From: Planctomycetota bacterium
GTDB lineage: Bacteria > Planctomycetota > Brocadiia > JAADGH01
Assembly: GCA_040755855.1 (NCBI GenBank)
Contig: JBFMAD010000002.1
Coordinates: 1 to 64,000, forward strand
Direction: 5' to 3'
DNA: 64,000 bases
Position 1 is the stretch's first letter. Each line of letters begins with the position of its first letter. The notes beneath the pieces were generated by a model. That model ran no database searches, was not told the origin of the DNA, and worked only from the letters and a program-made list of their open reading frames with translations. A program made the position numbers and the translations under genes. Shown here in pieces: positions 48,429 through 57,121 of this stretch.

Positions 48429-49595
48429 TCAGACAAGTTCCCAAAGGCGCAACTGGGGAGAGGCAGCCGGAGAGCCGGCGCGCTTGCCGTTGATGGTGAG
48501 ATACGCCGCCGCGCGGGAGGCTACGACGCCGACGGCCCGCAAGTCCGCGAGCGAACGAAATCGGCCCTCTTTCCTCGCCTCGAGGATACGCCGGGCCGAG
48601 AGCGGGCCGATGCCGGGCACGCGCAGCAGGCGCCCCCGATCCGCCGTGTTCACCTCGACGGGGAAGCACTCGGGATGGCGGCAGGCCCAGAGCCATTTCG
48701 GGTCGGCCCCGAGGGGCAGGCAGCCGGTTTCATCGAGGGGGATTTCATCCATCTTGAAGCCATACCGTCGAAATAGAAAGTCGCACTGGTAGAGCCGGTG
48801 CTCGCGCATCAGGGGCGTCGGGGCGTGACCCGCCAGGGGCGACCCGGCCACCGGCTGGAACGCGCTGAAGTAGGCCCGGCTCAGGTTCGTCCGCTTGTAG
48901 AGGGCGTCGGTTGTCTTGAGGATTTCTGCGTCACTTTCGCCCGCCGCGCCGACGACGAACTGCGTCGTGTGGCCCTTGGCCTTTGTATCCTTTCGGGCGA
49001 CGAGTCGGCTGATCCATTTCAGCCGCTCGGCCAGGTCGCGGTTGAAATCCTTGTCGGGGCTTATGGCGGCGAGGCGCTTTGCGTTGGGCGCCTCTAAGTT
49101 GATGGAGATTCGGTCGGCCAGCTCGGCGGCGCGCTCGACGCGGTCGTAGCTTGCACCGGGCAGGACCTTCAAGTGGATGAAACCCCTGAAGGCGTGGCGC
49201 CGCCGAATGATCTCCGCCGCAGCCAGCATCCGGTCCATGGTGGTGTTTGCATCGCGCACGATGGCCGAGCTGAGGAAGAGCCCTCGGGCCAGGTCGCGCC
49301 GGTTCAGGTCCATGAAAAGCCCGGCCAGTTCCTCTGGCTGGAAGCTCTCGCGGCGGAAGGCGTTGCTGCACCGGTTGACGCAGTAATGGCAGTTGTTGCT
49401 GCACTCGTTTGACATGAGGACCTTGAGGAGGAGGATCGTCTCGCCGTCGGGCATGGCGGCGGGGTAGATCCATTGCCCCAGTTCCCCCCGGACGCGGTGC
49501 GCGCCGGGGGCGTCTCTGCCGAGGCATTGGTTGGAGCAGCAGAGGTCGTACTGGGCCGACTGGCCGAGAACCTGGATTTTGTCGCGGCGTCTCAT
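48429..49595 (-). CDS. Putative DNA modification/repair radical SAM protein (TIGR03916-like)
   Basis: A.YD.CC N-terminus, LLKVLMSNECSNNCHYC, GLFLSS, REHRLYQCDFL.R.YGF and HhH motif LLRVPGIGP. Confidence 0.9.
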   Translation of the reverse strand: MRRRDKIQVLGQSAQYDLCCSNQCLGRDAPGAHRVRGELGQWIYPAAMPDGETILLLKVLMSNECSNNCHYCVNRCSNAFRRESFQPEELAGLFMDLNRRDLARGLFLSSAIVRDANTTMDRMLAAAEIIRRRHAFRGFIHLKVLPGASYDRVERAAELADRISINLEAPNAKRLAAISPDKDFNRDLAERLKWISRLVARKDTKAKGHTTQFVVGAAGESDAEILKTTDALYKRTNLSRAYFSAFQPVAGSPLAGHAPTPLMREHRLYQCDFLFRRYGFKMDEIPLDETGCLPLGADPKWLWACRHPECFPVEVNTADRGRLLRVPGIGPLSARRILEARKEGRFRSLADLRAVGVVASRAAAYLTINGKRAGSPAASPQLRLWELV

Positions 49596-49678
49596 GGCGG
49601 AAATTATAACATGGGGGGGTGACAAATAATGATGAGTGGGGAGTGGAGAGTGAAGAAGACTTGCCGTCGCCGAACGGC

Positions 49679-51145
49679 TCACGCCGGGGGATGGGGAGGC
49701 CGGGGGGCGCTGGGAGGTTGCAGGAGGTCGTGGAAGGTCAGGTCGCCGATGATGCCCTCGGCGGCATGATCCACTTCTTTGAAGATCTCGCGGAGGCGTT
49801 CCTCTCCCCTGCTGCTGGAGAAGGCCTGGGAACTCTTGATGCCCACGGCGTTGACAACCTCCTTGAGATGAATGGAATCGGTGGCCCTCGCCGGCAGGAA
49901 GACCGGATCGGGACCGTTGGTAGTGGTCGTGAGGATGCCGTTTTCGATGAGGCGCTCGGCGACCGACTGCACCTCGTCCTCGGCCAGGCCCATCTCGCGG
50001 GCAAGGGCCTGTAGCGACTTCTGCTTGCCGCCCTCGGTGAATATCTTCGACACGAGGAGCACCAGCCGAACCGCGACGCTCTCGGGCGGCATAGAGCCGT
50101 GCTTGGCCCGGCGGTCCTCCGAGCGGAGGGTGTGGAAGTTCTGCGAGGTGTAGGCGACCTCGACGCCGAATAGAACAATGAGCCACGTGAGGAACAGCCA
50201 GAGCAGAAAGATGGGGATCAAGGCCAGGGCGCCGTAGGTCTGGCTGTACATGAAGAGGACCTTGGTGACATAGAGACTGAAGCCGACCTTGGCGAACTCC
50301 CAGAGGATGCCCGCCACCAGCGCCCCCGCCAGGGCCGATCTCCATCGGACCTTCACATTGGGGACGAGCACATACATTAGGAAGAAGGCCGCGCAGGTTG
50401 CCAGGATGGGCAGCAGGCGGAAGAGGGCGCGACTGATGAAGCTCAGCTTGGGCCACAGGTCGAACCACGCCTGGACGCGGCTGGTGAGGACGAACGATGC
50501 GCCGATGAACGCCGGGCCGAGGGTGATGATTACCCAGAAGATGCACATCTTGTAGACGAACGACCGTCGTCTGGCCACGTGCCAGATGTTGTTGAACGCC
50601 CCCTCGATGGTGTTCAAGAGGAAAATGGAGGTCAAGACAAGGAATAGCAAACTCGCGATCCCGACCACGCGGCTGCTGAGCTGTTCGGAGAGTTTCTTGA
50701 TCCAACTGGCGATCTCCGCCGCGTAGTTTTCGAGGATTCGCTGGGTCCGTTGCTGGGCTGCGCTTTCTTGTTGTTCCTTGGTGGGGGGCGGGGCCGGCTC
50801 GGCGCCGGGGGCCTCCGTCGGCTGCGGCGTCGGCTCCTCCACATGGCCGACGATATGCGACTGCGCCAGGAGCCAGTCGAGCATCCGCTGCTTCACCATG
50901 TCTTCAATGCCCTCCAGCCCGGTGAAGGAGCGGTAGAAGGCGAAGGCCACGGTGACGACGGGGACGATGGCAAGGACGGTGGTATAGGCCAGGGCGCAGG
51001 CCCGCTCCAGGCAGTTGTCGCGGACCAACTGCTTGCCGATATAGATGTAGAGGCGCAGTTGGCTGACGACAAACCGCAGTCCCTGGGGGAACTCGTCCAG
51101 CTCTTTGTGGAGGAACTCGTCGGAGAATCGCCGCAAGACATTCAT
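49679..51145 (-). CDS. YihY/BrkB family membrane protein with C-terminal winged helix
   Basis: ALAYTTVLAIVP, IEGAFN.IW and YGALALIPIFLLWL.L.W.IVLFG.E motifs. Confidence 0.9.
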   Translation of the reverse strand: MNVLRRFSDEFLHKELDEFPQGLRFVVSQLRLYIYIGKQLVRDNCLERACALAYTTVLAIVPVVTVAFAFYRSFTGLEGIEDMVKQRMLDWLLAQSHIVGHVEEPTPQPTEAPGAEPAPPPTKEQQESAAQQRTQRILENYAAEIASWIKKLSEQLSSRVVGIASLLFLVLTSIFLLNTIEGAFNNIWHVARRRSFVYKMCIFWVIITLGPAFIGASFVLTSRVQAWFDLWPKLSFISRALFRLLPILATCAAFFLMYVLVPNVKVRWRSALAGALVAGILWEFAKVGFSLYVTKVLFMYSQTYGALALIPIFLLWLFLTWLIVLFGVEVAYTSQNFHTLRSEDRRAKHGSMPPESVAVRLVLLVSKIFTEGGKQKSLQALAREMGLAEDEVQSVAERLIENGILTTTTNGPDPVFLPARATDSIHLKEVVNAVGIKSSQAFSSSRGEERLREIFKEVDHAAEGIIGDLTFHDLLQPPSAPRPPHPPA

Positions 51146-51260
51146 GGGTGGAATTTTACCACAAACCTCCGGCAATCGCCAATGATTTTCGGGTGAACAA
51201 AGAAGGCCATTTCTACGCAAGCGAGGGGATTCGCGCTGTTTTTCGGCGAGGGAGTACACC

Positions 51261-51294
51261 AAAAACCCCCTGGAGGCGGGTCTTCTCCAGAGGG
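51261..51294 (-). terminator. Probable intrinsic terminator
   Basis: CCCTCTGGAG..CTCCAGGGGG hairpin followed by TTTTT on the minus strand, downstream of 51324-51632. Confidence 0.6.
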
Positions 51295-51323
51295 CTTATG
51301 GTTTACTGCAGAGGTCGTTCGTA

Positions 51324-51632
51324 CTACTCGGCCTTGACCTCTTCGACTTTGGTCAGGGTGATGGTCTTCTTGCCGTCCTTCTCTTCGACGGCGCCGGTGG
51401 CCTTCACCTCTTTGCCGCAGAGGGTCCCGGCCTTGCAGACGGCGCACTTGTCCGGTGCAGGCGCTTCGCACTTGCAGGGGGCGACGGCAACAGCACCGTC
51501 ATCGGTTTCAATCACGAGACCTGCATCCGTCTTCTCCACCGTGCCGGTGATGGTGGCATCCTCTGCCACAACGACCGCGCCGGCGAACATCAACACGACC
51601 ATAACCAGCCCCAGAACAAACAGACTTCTCAT
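51324..51632 (-). CDS. Small secreted Cys-rich protein
   Basis: AAGGAG RBS region, signal peptide, CKC..CAVC..LC cluster, own promoter and terminator. Confidence 0.7.
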   Translation of the reverse strand: MRSLFVLGLVMVVLMFAGAVVVAEDATITGTVEKTDAGLVIETDDGAVAVAPCKCEAPAPDKCAVCKAGTLCGKEVKATGAVEEKDGKKTITLTKVEEVKAE

Positions 51633-51894
51633 CTCCAACACTCCTTCTTGATTTCCGGCCATCTATGTTCGATAGCCACAACCAGGCCAACCCGCCGCCA
51701 GGCGGGCTTACTCGCCGCAGGGCCTGAACTCTGCGGTTATCAATTGTCTGCACCGCTCCGGACGAGGCCCCGACTCGCCAACCGACCCCCTTGACGCCGG
51801 CCGCGCCGCCGTCACCCCTCCGAAACAGACGTGTGCAAACACTACTTGAGCAGATTCAATCGAAAAAGACTTCAATACTATAAGGGAACCTAAA

Positions 51895-51923
51895 ATGATA
51901 GTAAATCGTCCATGCTTTGTCAA
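51895..51923 (-). promoter_or_regulatory. Sigma70 promoter
   Basis: Minus strand TTGACA-17 bp-TATCAT. Confidence 0.7.
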
Positions 51924-52036
51924 CTACCTTTTTTCCATTTTTTGAACAGGGCTTGAGGTCCCCGGAAAAAGCCTGAGGAGGGCGAATTATGTGACATAAG
52001 TCTTTATACCACAAAGTCATATGCGGACGGGCATGG

Positions 52037-52828
52037 CTATGACGCGGGCGGAGCGCCGTGGAAATCCCTCATGGCGCGCCGAATCGCGTTACTCTCCTCC
52101 GCGGTGAGGCGGCGGAACTCACCCTTCTTGAGGTCGCCCAGTTCCAGCGGCCCGACGGCCACGCGGACCAGCCTCAGCACGGTCACGCCCAGGCACTGCA
52201 GCATGCGCCGGATGTGACGGTTCCGCCCCTCGTCCAGGACGATCTCCAGCCAACTGTTGCGCGTCCCGCTACGCAGCAGGCACACATACTTTGCCTTCAG
52301 CTCTTCCCCCGCATCAACGATGCCCGCCCGCACCCGCCGCAACAATGCTTCATCGGCCACACGGTCTATCTGCACGTGATACCGCTTCTCCAGGTGACTG
52401 CCCGGAGCGAGGACCTGTGCGGCCCATCGGGTGTCGTTCGTGAACAACAGCAGGCCCTCGCTGGCCTTGTCCAGCCGCCCGACAGGAGAGACCCACGGCA
52501 GCGAAGGATCGTTTAGGCACTGATATACCGTCTGCCGCCCTCGTTCATCCGTCGTGGTCGTGACCAGGCCGCGGGGTTTGTTCAGCATCAGATAGACGAG
52601 GGCCTTTGCCTCGACCGGTTGGCCTTCGGCAGCGATGTCGTCACGCTGCATATCCACCCGGAGGGAGGGGTTTCGTTGGATAGTTCCGTTGACCCTGACT
52701 CGCCCGGCCTCGATCAATGCCTCGGCCTGGGTGCGCGAGCAGTATCCCGACTTGGAAAGGGCGCGCGCCAGGCTCACCGTCGGGCGGCGGGAGTGTGCTC
52801 TTCGGTTTCGCCTCGCATCCATAGGCAT
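52037..52828 (-). CDS. rRNA pseudouridine synthase (RsuA/RluB family, S4 domain)
   Basis: SR..AE.LI..GRV.VNG, NKPRG, VGRLDKASEGLLLFTND and EGRNRHIRRM motifs. Confidence 0.93.
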   Translation of the reverse strand: MPMDARRNRRAHSRRPTVSLARALSKSGYCSRTQAEALIEAGRVRVNGTIQRNPSLRVDMQRDDIAAEGQPVEAKALVYLMLNKPRGLVTTTTDERGRQTVYQCLNDPSLPWVSPVGRLDKASEGLLLFTNDTRWAAQVLAPGSHLEKRYHVQIDRVADEALLRRVRAGIVDAGEELKAKYVCLLRSGTRNSWLEIVLDEGRNRHIRRMLQCLGVTVLRLVRVAVGPLELGDLKKGEFRRLTAEESNAIRRAMRDFHGAPPAS

Positions 52829-52863
52829 CCCTTGCGCCTCCGGTAACCACTCAGCCGAATGTT

Positions 52864-52931
52864 GTCATTCCCGCGAAAGCGGGAATCCAGGCCCTCGACC
52901 ACTCGTGGATTCCCGCGTACGCGGGAATGAC
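52864..52931. repeat. Inverted doublet of CGTC/dRS3-like repeats
   Basis: GTCATTCCCGCGAAAGCGGGAATCCA (52864-52889) and TGGATTCCCGCGTACGCGGGAATGAC (52906-52931). Confidence 0.9.
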
Positions 52932-52979
52932 GAGAGGCTGAATACGGGGGCGCCACACTTGGTAGATGGTTATCCACCG

Positions 52980-54227
52980 TCAAAGCAATGGATTCCCCGG
53001 CACGGACGTCGGCCCGCAGCAGCAGACGTAGTTCTCCGGACTCATGCCCAGCTCGGGGCCGTAGTCCTGCCACATCTCCGGCGTCTCCATGCAGATGGAG
53101 ATGCGCTGGTCAGGGCGGCACTTGCGAATTTCGTCAATGAAGAAGCGATATATCTTCGACCGCAGCTCATGGGAGAAGAATTGTTTCCCCGCGGGGTAGT
53201 AGGGCTTGTCGCGCTTCGCGTTGCCTTCGCTGATGACGCCTCTTGCGTATTCGCGGAATTCCGGATCGAACGTCTCGACGTCGAAGCATCCCTCCATCAT
53301 CTTCGCATCCATCCATCCGAGGATGTCGAGCGTGACGACATCGGGCTTCACGCGGGCGAGGTATTCCCGAATCGTCTCGCCGTACTCCTCCCGCCACGTT
53401 ATGATCGGCACGATGGGCGAGAAGCGGGCGCGGACGATGTAGCCCGCCTTCTGGCATTTCTCGGCGGCCTCGATGCGCTTCCATACATCCGGCGTGTTGC
53501 GCTCGACGGTCCTGCTCACCGTGTCGCAGGACATGGACCAGTTGATGATCGTGTGTCCCCCGTGGGGCAGGTCGAGGAGGTGATCCACGTTGTCGCTCTT
53601 GGTGTAGAGCAGCAGGTACTTATCCGGCTGCCTGGCGAAGTAGCGGGTCATCAGGTCCGACGCGCCGTACTCCGGCTCGAAGCAGATCTGGTCGGTCTGG
53701 TTGTCATACTTGAAGAGATTCAACCATGGCGCGGTCTTGATGAAGTCGTCGAGGCGCTCGATGTACTCCTCAAGGTTCAGCATGATGGTGAGGAGCTTTC
53801 GGATGTGGCAGTAGGCGCAGCCGTGCAGACAGCCGTGGGCGCAGTGGAGTTCATAGGCGGTCTGGCAGACGCCGTGGTTTCGCTCGCGCAGGACCTTCCG
53901 ATCGCGCAGCCCCCATTCGCCCTGGCCGAGGAGCATGTGGGTGTTCAGCCTGGGGTAGCGCTTCCGCAGGTCGGCCATCTCCTGTTCGGCGCGCCACGCG
54001 AAGTTATTGAAGACGATGACGCGCTCGTCGTCCTTGACGGTCTGGCCCGTCCGCCCGCCGGGCAGGAGATTCTCCTTCTCGACGATACCGTTCAGTTCCT
54101 CGTCGGTCACGCGCTGCACCTTGCGGGCGGTAATGTGCTTCATCATCCGCTCCATCCGCACGACGCTGCGGGGGTCGGAATACACTCGGTCACAAATATA
54201 TACGGCGGGGGCGGTTACGGGATACAT
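52980..54227 (-). CDS. Spore photoproduct lyase (SplB)-like radical SAM protein
   Basis: GCLHGCAYC, YTKSDNVD.LL.L.H.G.TI..WS, ER.TP...RIEAA, R.RFSPIVP and CME motifs. Confidence 0.75.
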   Translation of the reverse strand: MYPVTAPAVYICDRVYSDPRSVVRMERMMKHITARKVQRVTDEELNGIVEKENLLPGGRTGQTVKDDERVIVFNNFAWRAEQEMADLRKRYPRLNTHMLLGQGEWGLRDRKVLRERNHGVCQTAYELHCAHGCLHGCAYCHIRKLLTIMLNLEEYIERLDDFIKTAPWLNLFKYDNQTDQICFEPEYGASDLMTRYFARQPDKYLLLYTKSDNVDHLLDLPHGGHTIINWSMSCDTVSRTVERNTPDVWKRIEAAEKCQKAGYIVRARFSPIVPIITWREEYGETIREYLARVKPDVVTLDILGWMDAKMMEGCFDVETFDPEFREYARGVISEGNAKRDKPYYPAGKQFFSHELRSKIYRFFIDEIRKCRPDQRISICMETPEMWQDYGPELGMSPENYVCCCGPTSVPGNPLL

Positions 54228-54288
54228 GGCAATAGCCTTCTTGGGTATGGAAAGCTTCTCACGCGGACATCCGGTCAATCCTATGCAA

Positions 54289-54555
54289 TCACCGCTTGCC
54301 GCCCCGGCGGGCTCGGCCGGAACCGCCGGTTTGGGAGCGAGATTTTTTACTCGGCTTGCGGTGAAGTGTGCGGAATTTCATCGCCTCCGCACTGATCTCT
54401 TCGACCGTTCTGTCCGGCCAGAGCTTCCTCTGCCATTGCGTGTAGTCGAATGGCTCCCGCATCATCAGGGCCACGAACTTCTCGGTTTCAACTGCGCCCA
54501 GGGCTTCAGTGAGGACCTTCAGTCCCTTTAGCTTGAGTTCTGTATCAGTCATCAT
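54289..54555 (-). CDS. Small putative antitoxin partner of PIN protein
   Basis: TD.E....G...L...LG.VE.E.F.......FDYT.W pattern; overlaps the PIN gene stop. Confidence 0.65.
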   Translation of the reverse strand: MMTDTELKLKGLKVLTEALGAVETEKFVALMMREPFDYTQWQRKLWPDRTVEEISAEAMKFRTLHRKPSKKSRSQTGGSGRARRGGKR

Positions 54556-54985
54556 TGGTCATCTCCCTGACAAGAGTCGGCGGATCAACGATCCTGATTC
54601 CACCGACATCCTCTGCATGTCCGAGTATGAGATCGTCGGTCGTGACAAAATAGTCGCATCCGGCAACGATAGCGCAGGCGACATGGAGCGCGTCTTTGCT
54701 TTTCACGCCCCGCCTGCGAAGCTTGTCGGTGTTGCGCAGGATTGACGGTGTCGCTTCCACGTCAGCGATGGCACGGGACTTCCATCGCCCGATGACTCTT
54801 TTCCTCTCCTCGAACGGGTTCATCTCGTTTTCGTAGTCCAGCATGTACGACCACGCGAGCTCTATCTGCTTTGACAGGACTTTTTCTTGAATGTAAAGCT
54901 TGGCTTCCGCTTCCAAACGGACCCTGATCTGCGTCTGGTCATCGAAGGGCCGATTGAAACAACAGTTGTCGAGATACACTCGCAT
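54545..54985 (-). CDS. PIN domain protein (VapC-like)
   Basis: VYLDNCCFNRPFDDQ.Q.R.RLE.EA, DALH.ACA and FVTTDD motifs. Confidence 0.88.
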   Translation of the reverse strand: MRVYLDNCCFNRPFDDQTQIRVRLEAEAKLYIQEKVLSKQIELAWSYMLDYENEMNPFEERKRVIGRWKSRAIADVEATPSILRNTDKLRRRGVKSKDALHVACAIVAGCDYFVTTDDLILGHAEDVGGIRIVDPPTLVREMTNDD

Positions 54986-55058
54986 GTCGGCTCGATTCCC
55001 TACCTGAACCCTCCCCCACATTATTGCATACCGGACGGGTCAAAGCAAGGCATGAAGT

Positions 55059-55389
55059 TCATTTCGCTTTCATAGCCATTCGCTGGCAACCTTCACGGTA
55101 GACCAGTCTGTTGTATACGGCCAGATTTGCCAGCGCCTTCTCAACCACTGTTGCTTGCTCATCCGTAAGATGTGACCTATCGGACAGTCCAAGCCATTTG
55201 AATCCATAGGCACGTTCATAAACCTGCCACGGCAAGAAGTAAGATGACCAATGCGCGCCTTGGGTTTGCCGACTTGATGCTAAAGGAACCCATCCCGAAT
55301 CGCATGGCTGCAGACCTACAGCAGTAAACACTGAAGAAGTTGCAATGGCAGCATAAAAATAGGAGCTGTGTCTTGGATGATAGATCGGC
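55059..55389 (-). pseudogene. Probable 3' gene fragment, low GC
   Basis: Open frame of about 110 codons. Its only annotated start lies inside the upstream gene and it has no RBS of its own. Confidence 0.35.
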
Positions 55390-56007
55390 TTATTTGTCCC
55401 TTCTCCGGTTTTTGCGCCGCCGGTATAGGCGTTCGGTGAATCCGCCTTCCCGTTCAAACGCGGCGGCTTGTGCAGCCAACTGGCGGTCGAGTAGTGCTAC
55501 GGCAACTGCAATCAGTGCGAGGGCGGCGTTGGCTGCGATCTCGGGGTATGTGGACGGAGTGGACGAAGTGGACAGTTTTCTATGTCCATCCTGTCCACTT
55601 CGTCCACTCTCATGTATCTCCTGCGCCCACCGGGCCACCGCATCGGCGGTTGTCAACCTTCTGGCTATGAGGTCGACCCGGCGGGGGTCATTCCGATCCC
55701 AAAGCGCCTTCCTCCGCTGGCGAAGGAAGTCCTCATAGTCGAGGCGCAATTCCTCCAGGCTGGCCCGCGCCACGTTCGTCAGTTTCAGCTCCATCTTCTT
55801 CGATGTGCCGCTCGCCTGGCTGCCCTCGGCGATGTTCTGCGTCCCGGAGCGCGCCGCCTGCACCATCTGATCATGGGTACGGCTCTTCGGCGGGATGTAC
55901 CGGTCGCAGAACCGCACCGTGACGTCATAGACCAGTTGCGCAATCTGAAAGCTCTTCAGTTTGCGGTAGCCACCGTGCTTAGGGATCAACGGCTCATGCT
56001 CCGTCAT
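55390..56007 (-). CDS. Four-helix-bundle (23S rRNA IVP/Avd-like) protein with suffix domain
   Basis: HGGYRKL.SF, RT.DQMVQAARSG.QNIAEGS, L..VARASLEEL..DYEDFLRQR and F..EGGF.ERLY motifs; GGAGGT RBS. Confidence 0.88.
   Translation of the reverse strand: MTEHEPLIPKHGGYRKLKSFQIAQLVYDVTVRFCDRYIPPKSRTHDQMVQAARSGTQNIAEGSQASGTSKKMELKLTNVARASLEELRLDYEDFLRQRRKALWDRNDPRRVDLIARRLTTADAVARWAQEIHESGRSGQDGHRKLSTSSTPSTYPEIAANAALALIAVAVALLDRQLAAQAAAFEREGGFTERLYRRRKNRRRDK
55550..55607. repeat. Intragenic inverted arrays of 9-bp-period GTGGAC/GTCCAY repeats
   Basis: GTGGAC x3, 10-bp spacer, GTCCAY x3; perfect 19-bp IR at 55557-55575 / 55591-55609. Confidence 0.85.
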
Positions 56008-56042
56008 GGCTCACCTCCGTCTTCCCTTTCGCAAATTCCGAT

Positions 56043-56075
56043 GTCCACCCCGTCCATGCTGTCCATTCAGTCCAC
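56043..56075. repeat. Four 9-bp-period GTCCAY repeats upstream of the four-helix-bundle gene
   Basis: GTCCAC ccc GTCCAT gct GTCCAT tca GTCCAC. Confidence 0.85.
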
Positions 56076-56087
56076 GATAGCCCGGTT

Positions 56088-56966
56088 TCAGCCCTCGATC
56101 GCCGGCCAAGTCTCCAAACTTCGGCCAGGACCAGAGCTCAGAATTGGGCCATCTTGGAGTTCTGTTATGAACTGTTCGAGCGACCGAATCTCCCAACCCG
56201 TCGCAGTGCGCAGGGATCGGTGTTGTTCCAATGCGCATCGCAGTCTTGAGTCGTCTGTGACAAAGCGGTCTGCAATACCAACGAAGGCGCTTATGTAGTA
56301 GTCTTCCCATTTGGGGCCTTTATGTGAACTTGCAGTGGGGTGTTCTAAGCCATGCCGCCGAATGGCAAGCATCAGCTGCTCAAAAAAACACCTGCAGATG
56401 GGGTTCCAGTCGATGTACTCGGACAGCCGTGGTTCCAGGCTCTCTCGCTCTCTGGTATCTAAAGTCATGCGAAGGACTATCTCGTGTGTAAATTCGCTAT
56501 TGTAGGTAGACATCATCCAGTCACCAGTATCGGGGACTGGCTCACCCTCCGCAAGCAGGGCCTGGAAACAGACACGACCACCAGCATGCATTTCGTCCCA
56601 TCTGTGGGTTCCTTGCTCTTTCTCCGCTCGAATCGTCTGCGAATCATTATCCCCAGCACATCGGAGTAGCGCTTTGCTGTCCTCAGCAAAGGGCCTGAAA
56701 GCCCTTTCGCCGGCAAGGAATCGTTTAACGCCCCACTTAACCTGCCACGGCAGTGAAGCGAGAACCGGGTATTCTCGAAGCAAGTCCAGAAGGGCCTTTA
56801 CAAGACGGTCCCGGACTTGGGGGTTTGCCGCAGCAAGTACCTCCTCGGCAACAGTCTCGGGCACTGTGACATGGATACCGCGTTGCTGGAAAAGCGCGCA
56901 CAAATCCCTGAAGTCTGCCCTGCAGGACAACTTGCTGACAACGTCTGTGTCTACTATCACCAACAT
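56088..56966 (-). CDS. Hypothetical PIN-like protein, low GC
   Basis: VIVDTDVV, V.EEV, D.Y and FVTDD..L acidic PIN-like pattern. Confidence 0.55.
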   Translation of the reverse strand: MLVIVDTDVVSKLSCRADFRDLCALFQQRGIHVTVPETVAEEVLAAANPQVRDRLVKALLDLLREYPVLASLPWQVKWGVKRFLAGERAFRPFAEDSKALLRCAGDNDSQTIRAEKEQGTHRWDEMHAGGRVCFQALLAEGEPVPDTGDWMMSTYNSEFTHEIVLRMTLDTRERESLEPRLSEYIDWNPICRCFFEQLMLAIRRHGLEHPTASSHKGPKWEDYYISAFVGIADRFVTDDSRLRCALEQHRSLRTATGWEIRSLEQFITELQDGPILSSGPGRSLETWPAIEG

Positions 56967-57011
56967 CTCGCACCTGCGGCAGCGGAGCGCCGAGCGTCCG
57001 GCTTCCTTCCG

Positions 57012-57087
57012 TGGATTCCCGCTTTCGCGGGAATGACGGCATATACAAGCGCCTGGCCCTCCCGCAGGTTCGGGACCTGCGGGAGGG
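57012..57087. repeat. dRS3-like repeat plus a second palindrome
   Basis: TGGATTCCCGCTTTCGCGGGAATGAC (57012-57037) and 13-bp stem CCCTCCCGCAGGT/ACCTGCGGGAGGG (57057-57087). Confidence 0.85.
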
Positions 57088-57121
57088 TTCAGCCGATTGT
57101 GTGATGCGATTGCTTTGTCGC

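Noticed and set aside
48429..50705. 758-aa ORF suggesting an N-terminally extended radical SAM fusion
   Set aside because: The extension overlaps yihY in another frame. The real start at 49595 is supported by the family N-terminus and a -10 box.
55390..56007. Diversity-generating retroelement, suggested by the Avd-like protein
   Set aside because: No reverse transcriptase and no TR/VR repeat pair with adenine-specific mismatches is visible in the window.
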